A stretch of DNA of 64,000 nucleotides. Source: a virus. A program made the translations under genes and the position numbers. Shown here piece after piece: positions 27,516-37,984 of the stretch. Below the pieces are notes generated by a model. It was not told the origin of the DNA, ran no database searches, and saw only the letters and a program-made list of their open reading frames with translations. Location of the stretch: the IMG/VR virus record IMGVR_UViG_3300045988_135485; one strand, written 5' to 3'. Numbering within the stretch: the first letter of the stretch is position 1; every line of letters begins with the position of its first letter.

Positions 27516-29246
27516 ATGAAATACGTCTTCTCAAATAATCCTTATCTTCAAGCCTTAGCAGAAAAAGTCATAAGACAAAAGACCGATTCTGATATGGCCG
27601 AATGGGTTTGTAATAACACAACCTTAGCCGGGGGACCGTTTTCTTTGAAGAATAGGGGTTATCAGAGAGCCGTATTGGCTGATATGCACCCTAACCTTTG
27701 TTGTAAGAAGTTATCCCAAATCGGAATGACTGAATGTCAGATTCGTAAAGCTCTTGGTTTTATGGTAATGAACCCCGGAACCCGCGTTCTTTATACTTTT
27801 CCGACTAAGATATTGAAAGATAATAACAGTGCTCCTCGTATTCGCCCTATTTTTGATACGGACTTTCCGGGACAAGGTGATATAAGAAATAATAATATTC
27901 TTCAGATAGGTTCATCTTTCTTATATATTTCCGGTGGTTCCGAATCCGATGTTACATCTACGCCGGTAGATATGATTTTAAATGACGAAATTGATTTGGG
28001 AACATCAGAATTTTATGCCTTGGCTAATTCCAGACTTCAAGCGTCCGTCTATCAAATTAAACAAAGCTTTTCCACCCCTACCTTTGAAAATTTCGGTATC
28101 TCAGCTGATTATAATTCTTCTGACCAACGGGAATATTTTGTGAAATGCCCGCATTGTAACGAATGGCAGGTACCTCTTTATGACCTAGAATCCGTATATA
28201 TTCCTAAGTTACCAAAGTTTATCCAAAGGCTTACAGATATAAAAGAGGACGTAGCCGTAGGATTAGATTACGACAATTCTTGCGTCGTATGCAAAAAGTG
28301 TCGGCATCCGCTTGATTTATCTGATGACGCTATTCGGGAATGGGTTCCCACCTATCCGTCCAGAGAACATCACAGAGGATACCAGATTCGTCCATTTAGT
28401 ACCAATTTATTGTCTATTAAATACTTGGTAATGACAATGGCCGATTGTATAAAAAGAGGTCAAATCCGCCGCGGATATAATACGGTTCTTGGAGAAGAAT
28501 ATAAAGAGGGAGACGCTCGTATTGACGTTAAGGCGATTAAGAAATGCTTTAAATCGCAGGTAGTTCCGGAAGTTTCGCCGGATAAACCTGTATATATAGG
28601 TATAGATGAAGGCCTAACCTGCCATATAGTCCTTTACACAGACGGGGCGGCCTTCGCCTTTATTAGGGTTATTTACGACCAACTGTTGAGTAAAGTAAAG
28701 GAATTGGATAAGAAATACAATATTGTTGCCGGAGCTATCGACCGTTATCCTTATACTCCTTTATCAAATGATATTAGAGATATGACTGAGGGCCGTATCC
28801 AGCCAGTAGTTTACGGAGGCCAGAAGATTGCTGAGCCTAAACACGAACAAGATAAAGCAGTATCTTTCTATATGTGTAACCGTACCCACGCCCTTGATGC
28901 AGTTAAGTCTAAGATAGTGAACGGAGAGATTGATTTTTACGGTTATTATGACCAAGAAGAATTAATCACCGAGCATTTACAAGACATGGCCAGAGAAGAC
29001 GTTCCCGGAAAACAACCTGAGTGGGTAAAGTTGAACGGGAATGACCACTATTTTCATGCGCTTGGATACGCTCTTTTAGCCAAACAGATAAAATATGTAG
29101 CCGGTCTCGGTCTAAAAAATGAAGACAGAACAATAATTAGCTTGACAGGTCCAGAAGAAAATTATAAAAATAAGGATAAGATGAAGGATAGGTCTAACCT
29201 GTGTGGCTATATGAGTGGCTATTCAACTAACAGGTTATTGTATTAG
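27516..29246 (+). CDS. terminase large subunit
   Basis: 576 aa, first gene of the late operon and immediately upstream of the portal. Walker B-like ILNDEIDLG. C-terminal acidic nuclease-like motifs (IGIDEG..., NDHYFHALGYA). Confidence 0.65.
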   Translation: MKYVFSNNPYLQALAEKVIRQKTDSDMAEWVCNNTTLAGGPFSLKNRGYQRAVLADMHPNLCCKKLSQIGMTECQIRKALGFMVMNPGTRVLYTFPTKILKDNNSAPRIRPIFDTDFPGQGDIRNNNILQIGSSFLYISGGSESDVTSTPVDMILNDEIDLGTSEFYALANSRLQASVYQIKQSFSTPTFENFGISADYNSSDQREYFVKCPHCNEWQVPLYDLESVYIPKLPKFIQRLTDIKEDVAVGLDYDNSCVVCKKCRHPLDLSDDAIREWVPTYPSREHHRGYQIRPFSTNLLSIKYLVMTMADCIKRGQIRRGYNTVLGEEYKEGDARIDVKAIKKCFKSQVVPEVSPDKPVYIGIDEGLTCHIVLYTDGAAFAFIRVIYDQLLSKVKELDKKYNIVAGAIDRYPYTPLSNDIRDMTEGRIQPVVYGGQKIAEPKHEQDKAVSFYMCNRTHALDAVKSKIVNGEIDFYGYYDQEELITEHLQDMAREDVPGKQPEWVKLNGNDHYFHALGYALLAKQIKYVAGLGLKNEDRTIISLTGPEENYKNKDKMKDRSNLCGYMSGYSTNRLLY

Positions 29247-29254
29247 GGAAGATT

Positions 29255-30742
29255 ATGGCAGGAATCAGTTCATTATTTGAGTTTATACTTCCAACTAAAA
29301 AGGCAAAGACTGACGGTAATGCTTATACTGATACTTACCGCCCCGGCGGAAGTGCCAGCACTTTAACTGCTCCCGATTATATGGAGCATATTGAAGACCT
29401 TTATGATACAAGGGTTAGTGAAGATTCAAACGAACTTTTACAAAACCTTTTTCGGCAAGACCCTGATTGCTCCGCAGCGGTAAATGCTTTTTTAACTGTA
29501 TCTGATACAAAAATGGTCTATTATGCAGTTGACGCTGAGGGAGAAATAAGTCAAGAAGGAACTAAGACCCTTGAATATCTTATTAATAGGATTACTTTTA
29601 GAAATGATTACACATTAAATTATCAAATGAAGCCTTCTCTTAGTTCTTTAAGAGAAGAGTTAAAGTATATGTGTCTTTTAAGAGGAGCTGTTGGAGCCGA
29701 GCTGGTATTTGATAAAACATTGCTCCCAAAAGAAATCAGAAATGTTGATATGCATTTTGTTGAATGGACGGAAAATAAGAACGGGGAATATAAACCGATT
29801 CAGAAGACTGATGAATCAGGTGAAGAAGTGAGCCTTGATATTCCTACATTCTTCACAGCCTTTTTCCGTAGAGACCCGACCAGTCCTTATACATATTCTT
29901 TCTTTGTAAGTGCTATAAATGTTATCGCCGCCAGACAACAGGTAATTAATGACCTGTATCGGATTATGAATATAACAGGCTTTCCACGCATTGATTTAAC
30001 GGTGATGGAAGAAATTATAAAAAACAATATGCCCGCTGAAATTAAGGCTAATCCGGATAAATATAGAGAATATGTAAATAGCACCGTTAATACTATTGCT
30101 AATTCTTTTGCCAGTATTAAGCCTCAATATCCTATTGCCCACACTGACGCTGTTCAAGCTAAGATGCTGAATGAAAAAGGTCCGGGAAGTTCTTTACAGA
30201 TTGCAGAAGTAATTGATACACTGAATGCCCAGAACCAAGCCGCAATGAAGGTCGTAAGTGCCGTACTCGGCCGCGGTTCTTCAGGTGTAAATACAGCATC
30301 TGTCGAGGCTAAAGTTTTTGCAGACAACGCAGCAGCTTTAAATAAACCGATTGACCATCTTCTTGAAGAAATATTTACACTGGCTTTGCGTATGTCCGGT
30401 TTTGATGGAAAGGCTGTTATGTATTCAAAGGGAGTTGACCTTAGACCAGAACTTGAATTGGAAAATCAACTAACAATGAGACAGGCTCGTTTACTGGAAC
30501 AGCTCTCTCTTGGTATTATAACCGACCTTGATTTTCACCTTTTAATGAATGACCGAGTTCCGATCGGACAAATTACTCAGTTATCAGGAACTAATTTCCA
30601 GTCTAATAAAATGAATACAACGGATACCACTTCAAACACTGACCCTCTTGGAAGGAGTTTAACAGCTGAAGGTGGAGATATGGCAAAGTCAAACAGTAAC
30701 AAAACAACTAAGGACCAGCAGAAAGGGAAAGACTTAAATTGA
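29255..30742 (+). CDS. portal protein
   Basis: 495 aa, directly after TerL. Basic/acidic C-terminal tail. Confidence 0.55.
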   Translation: MAGISSLFEFILPTKKAKTDGNAYTDTYRPGGSASTLTAPDYMEHIEDLYDTRVSEDSNELLQNLFRQDPDCSAAVNAFLTVSDTKMVYYAVDAEGEISQEGTKTLEYLINRITFRNDYTLNYQMKPSLSSLREELKYMCLLRGAVGAELVFDKTLLPKEIRNVDMHFVEWTENKNGEYKPIQKTDESGEEVSLDIPTFFTAFFRRDPTSPYTYSFFVSAINVIAARQQVINDLYRIMNITGFPRIDLTVMEEIIKNNMPAEIKANPDKYREYVNSTVNTIANSFASIKPQYPIAHTDAVQAKMLNEKGPGSSLQIAEVIDTLNAQNQAAMKVVSAVLGRGSSGVNTASVEAKVFADNAAALNKPIDHLLEEIFTLALRMSGFDGKAVMYSKGVDLRPELELENQLTMRQARLLEQLSLGIITDLDFHLLMNDRVPIGQITQLSGTNFQSNKMNTTDTTSNTDPLGRSLTAEGGDMAKSNSNKTTKDQQKGKDLN

Positions 30743-30807
30743 TAGTTTAAAAAAAACTATTGAATTAATTATTTAAAATGTTATCTTTATGACAAAAGGG
30801 TAAAATT

Positions 30808-31995
30808 ATGGCTAAGAGAGTAACTTTAACAGAAAAAATGAGACAAGAGGTAATGGCCCGTTGTGGGACAGATGTTGACCTCAATAAAATTGTCTTTTAT
30901 CAGGCTAGAGGTATTTCTACAGAACCTATCCATCAAGGGACCTTATATGATAAGGGTATCTTAGAAAGACAGGCTCTTGTCGATATGTTAAATCTGGTAA
31001 ATGACCCCCTTAATACTGTTACTCTACAGACAATGCACAATCAAAAGGTTTTGCCAACAGGAAGAGTTTTCTATGCAGAATTAGTAGATGAACAGAATAC
31101 AGGACATTCTGCTCTTTATACACTCTTCGGTGTTAGTACAAATCATCCCGAAATTATATCTGATGTAGATAATGGTATAATCGACGAAGTTTCTTACAGC
31201 TTTATGCCGAAGAAAATTCTATGTAATAAATGTAATAAAGACTTCTTAGATGATGACGTAAACTTTCTTGATTTCCTTACCGGAACCTGTCCCGAATGCG
31301 GAGCAGTTATGGGTAAAGATGACGCTCATGTAATAATCCCGGGAGTGGAATCAGTTAGAGAATTGTCTTTGGTAACTAGAGGAGCTGCTAGACACGCAAA
31401 AATCCTTGATAGTATGTACCAAATGGCAATGTCAGATAAAAGCTCACCAGTTATTACTCTGACAAAGAAAGGGGTTAAAAAAGACCTCTGCGTATTTAAT
31501 TTGTGTTCAACAATTTACAACAAGGAAGTAGAAATGAACCCAGAAGAGTTAAAAGCTGCCATTTTGGCGGCCACTGAGCCTCTGTCAAATGAGGTGAAGG
31601 ACATGAAGGTTTCCTTGGCTTCCCTAGGACAAGAGAAGGCGGCTCTCGAGACAGCTAAAAATGAAGCTGAGAACACTAAAGCTGCTTTGGAAGAAGAGAA
31701 AGCTTCCTTGTCTGAAGAGAAGGCCAGATTAGAAACCGAATTGGCTGATTCAAAGAAAGAAATTGAACGCCTGAAAGGTGTTGAAGCTTCTTTCGATGAA
31801 GAGATTAAAAAGGTATTGGTTGCGGCCGGTTTATCCGACACTATTCCGGAAGACACTGAAGGTAAGGCTGAACTTTTGAAAAAAGCTCATCTTACGTTAG
31901 CAAATATTCCGGTTAATGGCGTTTCTGCCGGAGCCGATAGAGGTATTAACAATAACGAGAGTAGTGTTGACTTCTCGGTATATAAAGTTCGTTAA
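30808..31995 (+). CDS. prohead protease / scaffolding protein candidate
   Basis: Position between the portal and capsid genes. The C-terminal half is a long coiled coil (KAALETAKNEAENTKAALEEEKASLSEEKARLETELADSKKEIERLKG). Confidence 0.35.
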   Translation: MAKRVTLTEKMRQEVMARCGTDVDLNKIVFYQARGISTEPIHQGTLYDKGILERQALVDMLNLVNDPLNTVTLQTMHNQKVLPTGRVFYAELVDEQNTGHSALYTLFGVSTNHPEIISDVDNGIIDEVSYSFMPKKILCNKCNKDFLDDDVNFLDFLTGTCPECGAVMGKDDAHVIIPGVESVRELSLVTRGAARHAKILDSMYQMAMSDKSSPVITLTKKGVKKDLCVFNLCSTIYNKEVEMNPEELKAAILAATEPLSNEVKDMKVSLASLGQEKAALETAKNEAENTKAALEEEKASLSEEKARLETELADSKKEIERLKGVEASFDEEIKKVLVAAGLSDTIPEDTEGKAELLKKAHLTLANIPVNGVSAGADRGINNNESSVDFSVYKVR

Positions 31996-32006
31996 GGAGA
32001 ATTATA

Positions 32007-32393
32007 ATGGCTTATCAGGGCGTTACATTAAAAAATACTGTACCTGCCAATGACCTTACGTTTATTCTGGCTGATGACATTAAAGAAGAGCACGTTGGTT
32101 TGGCTGTTGTACAGGATAGCGCGGCCTCTAATACGGTTAAACTTGCCGGAGACGGAGACCTGATTTTTGGTCGTTTGGAAAATGTCGAAGACCGTAAGGT
32201 TGAAGGCATTAAAGTCGGTGCAGTAAAAATTATCGGTGGTATGGCTTTTAAAAAGTCAAAGGCAGCTGTCGCAGTTGGTGATAAAGTTGTCGGTGCCGGA
32301 AATGGTTTGGTCAAAAAGGGCGCAGATTCCACTTCTGACCTTGCTGTATGGGAAGTAAACGGCGATGAAGTAATCGTCGTAAAGACACACTAA
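32007..32393 (+). CDS. head decoration-like small structural protein
   Basis: 128 aa, G/V/A-rich beta-type sequence directly upstream of the capsid gene. Confidence 0.3.
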   Translation: MAYQGVTLKNTVPANDLTFILADDIKEEHVGLAVVQDSAASNTVKLAGDGDLIFGRLENVEDRKVEGIKVGAVKIIGGMAFKKSKAAVAVGDKVVGAGNGLVKKGADSTSDLAVWEVNGDEVIVVKTH

Positions 32394-32405
32394 GGAGAAT
32401 AACAG

Positions 32406-33611
32406 ATGAAAAGTATTTTGGCATTAAAAGAAAATGCAAAATCGTTGAAAGAACTTCTGGGGGGGTTGAAGTCTGAAAAGCGTGTTGATTCCCAGAATGC
32501 CGGTATCGAATTTGCAGAAAAAGCAAAAGAATATGGCATGGCAATTGACGATTATTTGCGTTTCGCAGTTGACCTTGACGCTGACGAAGAAGGTAAAAAA
32601 TATAAAGCAGCTGGGTTGGATGGTTACGAAGCCGCGCTGGCTTACTTGGGCTTGCCGGTAAGAGAGGACTATTCAAAGAAGATTTCATTGGCCGCCACTG
32701 GTGAAACCTTCCAGTCCTATCCGGGTACCAGAGTTTTGTTTCCGCAGGTAGTTGACAGTGTTTTGCGTTTTTCTACCAATCAGAACTATCTCGAAAGTGT
32801 ATCTGCTCTCGTAGGTAATTCTCGTACTATTACTGGTACTGAGATGATTTCAATCGTCGCTGAATCTGATAAGGACGCAGAAGGTACCTTCTATGTAGCT
32901 CAGGGTGCTGACATTCCTTTGAGAACGATTAAGACCTCTGAACAGATGGTTTCTATGTATAAGCATGGTTCCGGTTACGAGTTCACTTATGAGTTTGAAC
33001 GTCGTGCCGCAATTGACATCCTGATTCCGTATGTTGCTCGTATTAATCGTCAGTTGGAACTGTCTAAAGTTGCTTTGGCTACGACTATTCTGATTAACGG
33101 TGACGGTGTACATCCGGCTGCTCCGATTGTTAAACAGTCTGATATGTATAAGAAGATAAACGGTGAAGCCGCTCAAGCTCCGACCAACAAGATTGATTAT
33201 CCGTCTCTGTTGAGTTGGTTAGTCGACCGGGCTGGTAATGGTGCACACGCTCCGATTGACACCATAGCTGGTAACTATGATATGTACCTGCAATGGATGC
33301 TGATGTTTACACCTACTCTGTCTGATATTTCTCAGCCTGAAGCTATGGCTAAGGTTGGTGGTCCGGTTGTTACGGCAAATATTCCGGGTATGTTCTCTCC
33401 GATTAAATTTGCTCTGTCTTCTACCGTCCCGGCTGGTAAACTGATTGGCTTTACCAAGGCTGAAACGTTAGAGGAACTGATTGAAGCCGGGTCACAGATT
33501 TCTGAATCTGAAAAGGCTGTTAGAAATCAGAAAACAACCTATGTTAAATCAGAAGTTACTGGATACCGTTTGGTCTTCGGTGATACTCGTTCTATCTATG
33601 ATACTAAATAG
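32406..33611 (+). CDS. major capsid protein (HK97-fold candidate)
   Basis: 401 aa, strong SD, synteny. Followed by a UUCG-loop hairpin. Confidence 0.6.
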   Translation: MKSILALKENAKSLKELLGGLKSEKRVDSQNAGIEFAEKAKEYGMAIDDYLRFAVDLDADEEGKKYKAAGLDGYEAALAYLGLPVREDYSKKISLAATGETFQSYPGTRVLFPQVVDSVLRFSTNQNYLESVSALVGNSRTITGTEMISIVAESDKDAEGTFYVAQGADIPLRTIKTSEQMVSMYKHGSGYEFTYEFERRAAIDILIPYVARINRQLELSKVALATTILINGDGVHPAAPIVKQSDMYKKINGEAAQAPTNKIDYPSLLSWLVDRAGNGAHAPIDTIAGNYDMYLQWMLMFTPTLSDISQPEAMAKVGGPVVTANIPGMFSPIKFALSSTVPAGKLIGFTKAETLEELIEAGSQISESEKAVRNQKTTYVKSEVTGYRLVFGDTRSIYDTK

Positions 33612-33625
33612 TAGTGTGGGGGGAA

Positions 33626-33649
33626 GGAGGTCTTCTTCGGAAGACCTCC
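33626..33649 (+). other. 10-bp stem hairpin with UUCG tetraloop immediately after the capsid gene (no U-tract)
   Basis: ggaggtcttc ttcg gaagacctcc. Confidence 0.6.
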
Positions 33650-33671
33650 AGATTAAAGAAAGGAGACTTAA

Positions 33672-34013
33672 ATGTCAGAAAATTACAAAAGAAAAGCTTT
33701 AATTAAACTTAAAGAAGGTTCTTTTCTCGATTTGTTGTGTGAACAACAGTATATTATGAGTGGAAAGCCTTATGTGGCCATTGTTTCTACAGCCATTAAC
33801 AGCCTTATTTCCAGAGGAAAAGCCGAATGGTTGGGAGAACTGGACGAGAGCGCAAGTCAGGAAGAGTTTGAAAAAATCTGGAAGAAGAGTGAAGAAAATC
33901 AGGAAAAGGCTGTGGCTGCTTTCATGAAATCTTTTGGCAAAAATAGAAAGATTGAATCTACTTCGACTGGTAACACAAATTCTTCTAGCCGTGGAAATTC
34001 TAACCAGCAGTAA
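33672..34013 (+). CDS. hypothetical head/neck protein
   Basis: Synteny only. Confidence 0.3.
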   Translation: MSENYKRKALIKLKEGSFLDLLCEQQYIMSGKPYVAIVSTAINSLISRGKAEWLGELDESASQEEFEKIWKKSEENQEKAVAAFMKSFGKNRKIESTSTGNTNSSSRGNSNQQ

Positions 34014-34027
34014 TAAGGTATCCGTTC

Positions 34028-34822
34028 ATGGACTATGTATTTAAAGATGAAGATTTAACGATGCCTGTTGACATTACAGTCAATGGTAATTTCGTATATC
34101 CTGATGATAATAAATACACATATAAGATAAGGTCCATGGACGGAACCATATTATTTTCCAGCGAAGAACAGGAAGTCGTTCCAGAGGAGCCAGAGGAAGA
34201 ACCTGTTTCAGAAAATAGTCAAGATACTGAAACAGGAGAAATAATTCCTACGGATAGGATTATAATAGTTATCCCTAAAGAATATAACACCTTAGAGGAA
34301 GGAAAACTTTTTAAAAGTCAGATTGTGGAAGTAAGTTTCTTATATCAGAAGAAGCCTTATACGATTAAGAAAGCATATAGAATCACGTCCTTTTTCTATT
34401 TTAGTGCTTCTCCTCAAGATGTTAGAAACTATTATGGTCTAAATAACGGGGAGCTTCCCGACGAGGACATTGACCTTAATGAAATTTATCTTCAGTTAGT
34501 ACAAAAGCACGGAAACACTTTTATTAATTGTTTAAAGTCTGATGGTGTAGGTAATATCCGTGCTAACAGGCTTATTACTTTAAAAGGAGTAGTTCAAGTA
34601 TTTCCGTCAGTAAGACTGCGTGTTAATCAAGAAGAAAACGATGGTTCTTCTAAGTTTACGCGTTACCTTAATAAGATTGATTGGGATAGTTTCCTCGACG
34701 ACGTTCAGGCTGAGATAGAGGAGCTGGAAAACAATCTAACTGGGGAAGAAACAATTACCTATACAAGTTATACTCCGTTTGTTGTTGGTGCAGTAACAGA
34801 CGCAATTACCGGAGAAAGCTAA
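34028..34822 (+). CDS. hypothetical structural protein
   Basis: Synteny only. Confidence 0.3.
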   Translation: MDYVFKDEDLTMPVDITVNGNFVYPDDNKYTYKIRSMDGTILFSSEEQEVVPEEPEEEPVSENSQDTETGEIIPTDRIIIVIPKEYNTLEEGKLFKSQIVEVSFLYQKKPYTIKKAYRITSFFYFSASPQDVRNYYGLNNGELPDEDIDLNEIYLQLVQKHGNTFINCLKSDGVGNIRANRLITLKGVVQVFPSVRLRVNQEENDGSSKFTRYLNKIDWDSFLDDVQAEIEELENNLTGEETITYTSYTPFVVGAVTDAITGES

Positions 34823-35385
34823 TGGGTGATTTACATAGGGTAGGCCGGTCGATTAGGCATTTATTCGTAAAAGAAGACGGTAAACGGTTTTGGGGACAGC
34901 TTTTGAAACCGCCGATGAGCCAGACAAGAAGTTCTTCCTTTTTTAATGCTCGTCGTATTTTAAAAGTAGACAAATTTCAAAATATAAAAAATGGAGAAAT
35001 ATTCCAGTTGGCCGAGGGCGACTGGGCACTTACTTTCGATAATACCGAAGGGTACTATCGGGATTTGATTTATTTAACCTATGGGGTAATTATTCTTGAC
35101 ACAGAATTATCTTGGAAGAGAAGAATTTCTGAAATCGACCCGGCTACAAAATTGGAAAAAACCGTAGGTTATAAAGACTTAGGTAAGTTCAAATGTGCAA
35201 TGGAATTTACAGCCTATACAGACGATTCCTTAAAAATTCCTCAGCCCCGTTACCGTCTGTTATGTAACGCCGAAATCAGACCCGGAGACCTCTTAGACGA
35301 CCAGATTACTGTACAACACGTTGAACACGTTCAAGGTATAGTAATGGCTTATGTAAGGGGAAAAGTTCTTGGAAAAGCTGACTAA
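34822..35385 (+). CDS. head-tail connector/adaptor candidate
   Basis: Synteny. ATGA-coupled to the upstream gene. Confidence 0.3.
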   Translation: MGDLHRVGRSIRHLFVKEDGKRFWGQLLKPPMSQTRSSSFFNARRILKVDKFQNIKNGEIFQLAEGDWALTFDNTEGYYRDLIYLTYGVIILDTELSWKRRISEIDPATKLEKTVGYKDLGKFKCAMEFTAYTDDSLKIPQPRYRLLCNAEIRPGDLLDDQITVQHVEHVQGIVMAYVRGKVLGKAD

Positions 35386-35992
35386 AAAATACGAGTTGTC
35401 TGAGCTGGGAAACGTTATCATTAATTCGGTAGAAAAGATAACGTTAAAACGATTTTCTAGATTAAAGCCAAGGCTTCAGGAAGTAGTCAGGAAAGAATCA
35501 GAAAGATATTTTAAGTATTTGGACGAAAAGGTAGTCGGAGTCCATGCTAATCCTTTTCATTTTTACAATAAACAACCTTGGCCAGCTTTAAGTGAAAAGT
35601 ATGTAAAATATAAGAAGAAAAAGCATCGTAGCAGTGGCTTCTGGTCGAATAAGAAAGTTCTTCACAATTGGCTGCAATCGGCTAGTCCAACAGAAGTATT
35701 TGGACAGCCTTATATTGACATAAGAAACTTCAATCCTACTGCTACAGGTTTACAATGGGCTAATATAAGAGTGGAGCCTTTTCCAAGAACAAATATTAAT
35801 GTTCCGGTTGAAATTTATAATAGACTTTTTGGAAGAAGAAGAGTATTATCAGGAGCAGCAGCTGTTTTAGGAACGTATGTATCTAACAACGATATGCGTC
35901 CTATTATTTCTCCGGCGATGAGACAACTTATAAATTATTCTATAAAGAGAAAGGTAACAAGAACTATAAAGGAGGTTTTGCAAAATGGTTGA
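35369..35992 (+). CDS. neck/head-closure candidate
   Basis: Synteny only. Confidence 0.3.
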   Translation: MEKLTKKYELSELGNVIINSVEKITLKRFSRLKPRLQEVVRKESERYFKYLDEKVVGVHANPFHFYNKQPWPALSEKYVKYKKKKHRSSGFWSNKKVLHNWLQSASPTEVFGQPYIDIRNFNPTATGLQWANIRVEPFPRTNINVPVEIYNRLFGRRRVLSGAAAVLGTYVSNNDMRPIISPAMRQLINYSIKRKVTRTIKEVLQNG

Positions 35993-36443
35993 AGAAGATG
36001 TTTATAAAGATACAATAACCTCTGTTATGAGATTCTTACTTGAAAAAATGGAGGATATACGAACGGAGGGTATATCTGAAAATATCGAATTTAAAAACTT
36101 AGATGGTCATGCTGAAGACCAAGTTCTTGAAAATATTGATTATATATTGTTCAGAAATTTTTGTGGTAATATAGGAGCCCACCTTTGCGATTATACCTTT
36201 GAAGTAGGGGTATCTACGTTCGAAGATGAAAATCTATTTAGACACATTGAGATTATAAACAGGCTTGTGAACCTTTTAGCGCCATTAAAACAGATAACCG
36301 TTTATTCTCATAGAGATTACTGGTTGAAAAAAGGCACATTAACCTGTACAGAACCTTCAACGGTACAACCTTTTGGTAAGTATAATACTAGGGCCGTCCA
36401 GTTTCTTCTGGTAAGTGTTGAATCAACCGAGACAAGGCCCTGA
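35985..36443 (+). CDS. tail completion/terminator candidate
   Basis: Synteny. Last gene before the major tail gene. Confidence 0.3.
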   Translation: MVEEDVYKDTITSVMRFLLEKMEDIRTEGISENIEFKNLDGHAEDQVLENIDYILFRNFCGNIGAHLCDYTFEVGVSTFEDENLFRHIEIINRLVNLLAPLKQITVYSHRDYWLKKGTLTCTEPSTVQPFGKYNTRAVQFLLVSVESTETRP

Positions 36444-36600
36444 CATCGGCTTCTGACCCATAGGATAACCCAAGTTTAATTAAATATATAGCCTCTTTGG
36501 TTAGAGACCGTTCTGTAATTTCTGTTCTCTTTCTTAAACAATCATATATGGACCTTGGAAAATAGATTGTAAGACTGACTGTATCTTCCCTCTCGACCAT
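36388..36600 (-). CDS. ribbon-helix-helix (CopG/Arc-like) DNA-binding protein encoded antisense within the late operon
   Basis: ATG 36600 behind a GGAGA SD. VSLTIYFPRSIYDCLRKRTEITERSLTKEAIYLIKLGL has the strand-helix-helix pattern. It overlaps the 3' end of the 35985-36443 gene. Confidence 0.45.
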   Translation of the reverse strand: MVEREDTVSLTIYFPRSIYDCLRKRTEITERSLTKEAIYLIKLGLSYGSEADVRALSRLIQHLPEETGRP

Positions 36601-36711
36601 TATCGTCTCCGTAGTTTATTTTAGTTTATTAAAAACTATTGAAACTATAGATTAAATTATTTAAAATGTAAATCGTAAATTAATATAAATCAATTATGAA
36701 AGGATAAAACT

Positions 36712-37863
36712 ATGCCGGGTGCAGGTAGCGCAAAAACAGAGAGCTTTAACCTTGGTGCCGCAACTGTTATGATTGGTCCAAAGGCAGACGTTCTCGACTT
36801 TACTCCTGAAAAACATGGTATTGGTCTGGTTAAAAACTTTACGTTTTCGTCCAGTGACCAGTATCTTGATTTGACGCAGGGTATTAGAAATACTGTCGTT
36901 TATTCCGTAAAGAATGGTTCCGATATTACGGCTTCGATGGAAGTTTATGAATATACTTCGAGAAACCTCGCCTATGCTTTGGGTTTGGAAGGTTTTGAGC
37001 TTATTGAAGGAGCCGATTTGGCTTTGAAAGAAAACATCAATGGTGATATGGTTACGACTGAAATTAAAGTATCGGCCTCTTCTGATTCCAGTGCCAGTGA
37101 TCTCTTGCCAGATGATTATGTAATTATCCAAGGCAATAAGTCTTCCAACGAAGACTTGGTATTTGTTGGTAAACTGGCTGAAGCAACGTTTGACCCGGGG
37201 ACGGCTCCTCAGGTAGCTGTAAATGGTACGGTTCTTGACTTGATGAGGGCTCTGAAACAGGCTAACGATGGCGTAGCTGTATTGACCATTGAAAAGGGAC
37301 ACATGAAGGTTCTGGCTGGTGCTGAACAGACTGTAACGTGTTCTGAAAAGTTCAAGACAGTCTTCGGTATTACTGAAGGTGAAAGAGGTCCGTTGACGGG
37401 TACGGTTGAAGTTTCGGCTAGAGACGTACTGGGTACTCTGGGCTTTGCGAATAATGACGAAGTTACGATTTCTATTGACTCCAATGAAATTGCCGAAGCT
37501 TTGATTAAGACCTCTCCGGCAGCTGATTCGTCTGCTTCCTATACGCTGACGTTTGACCGTCCGATTCCGGAAGGGTTCAACTTCTCGGCTGGGGACCGTG
37601 TTCACAAAGTAAACCTGATTCCGGTAGGCTCTGCTGAAGACCAGCCGACTTTGGCGGCGAAGATTGTCGGTATTCTTCCGGAAGGCAAGAAACCGGTTAC
37701 TATCATTATTCCGAAGCTGCGTATTTCTAACGGCTTCAGCCTGTCGTTCCAGACAGACCAGTATGGTAATATGCCGTATGAATTTACGCCGATGGAACAG
37801 GTTATGAGTGACCCGCTTTATGCGGAATACGGAGATAAAGGTTTTGCCTTTGTACTCAATTAA
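36712..37863 (+). CDS. major tail protein
   Basis: 383 aa, located upstream of the chaperone/tape-measure genes. An intrinsic terminator follows it, as expected for an over-expressed tail tube gene. Confidence 0.5.
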   Translation: MPGAGSAKTESFNLGAATVMIGPKADVLDFTPEKHGIGLVKNFTFSSSDQYLDLTQGIRNTVVYSVKNGSDITASMEVYEYTSRNLAYALGLEGFELIEGADLALKENINGDMVTTEIKVSASSDSSASDLLPDDYVIIQGNKSSNEDLVFVGKLAEATFDPGTAPQVAVNGTVLDLMRALKQANDGVAVLTIEKGHMKVLAGAEQTVTCSEKFKTVFGITEGERGPLTGTVEVSARDVLGTLGFANNDEVTISIDSNEIAEALIKTSPAADSSASYTLTFDRPIPEGFNFSAGDRVHKVNLIPVGSAEDQPTLAAKIVGILPEGKKPVTIIIPKLRISNGFSLSFQTDQYGNMPYEFTPMEQVMSDPLYAEYGDKGFAFVLN

Positions 37864-37897
37864 ACCTTTTGGCTTTTAGTCTCCGTTAAAGCCAGAT

Positions 37898-37930
37898 AGG
37901 GTAACTTTATAGTTACCCTATTCTTTTTTT
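37898..37930 (+). terminator. rho-independent terminator after the major tail gene
   Basis: agggtaac / gttaccct stem, then ATTCTTTTTTT. Confidence 0.65.
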
Positions 37931-37984
37931 GCTCTTGATTTTATTTTTAGATTAGATATTATAAATTCGTGAAAAACAACAAGC

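Noticed and set aside
36694-37605. 303-aa ORF on the minus strand
   Set aside because: It lies fully antisense within the major tail gene. Its composition is low-complexity and R/S/N-rich, typical of an antisense artefact of a highly expressed gene, and it has no SD.
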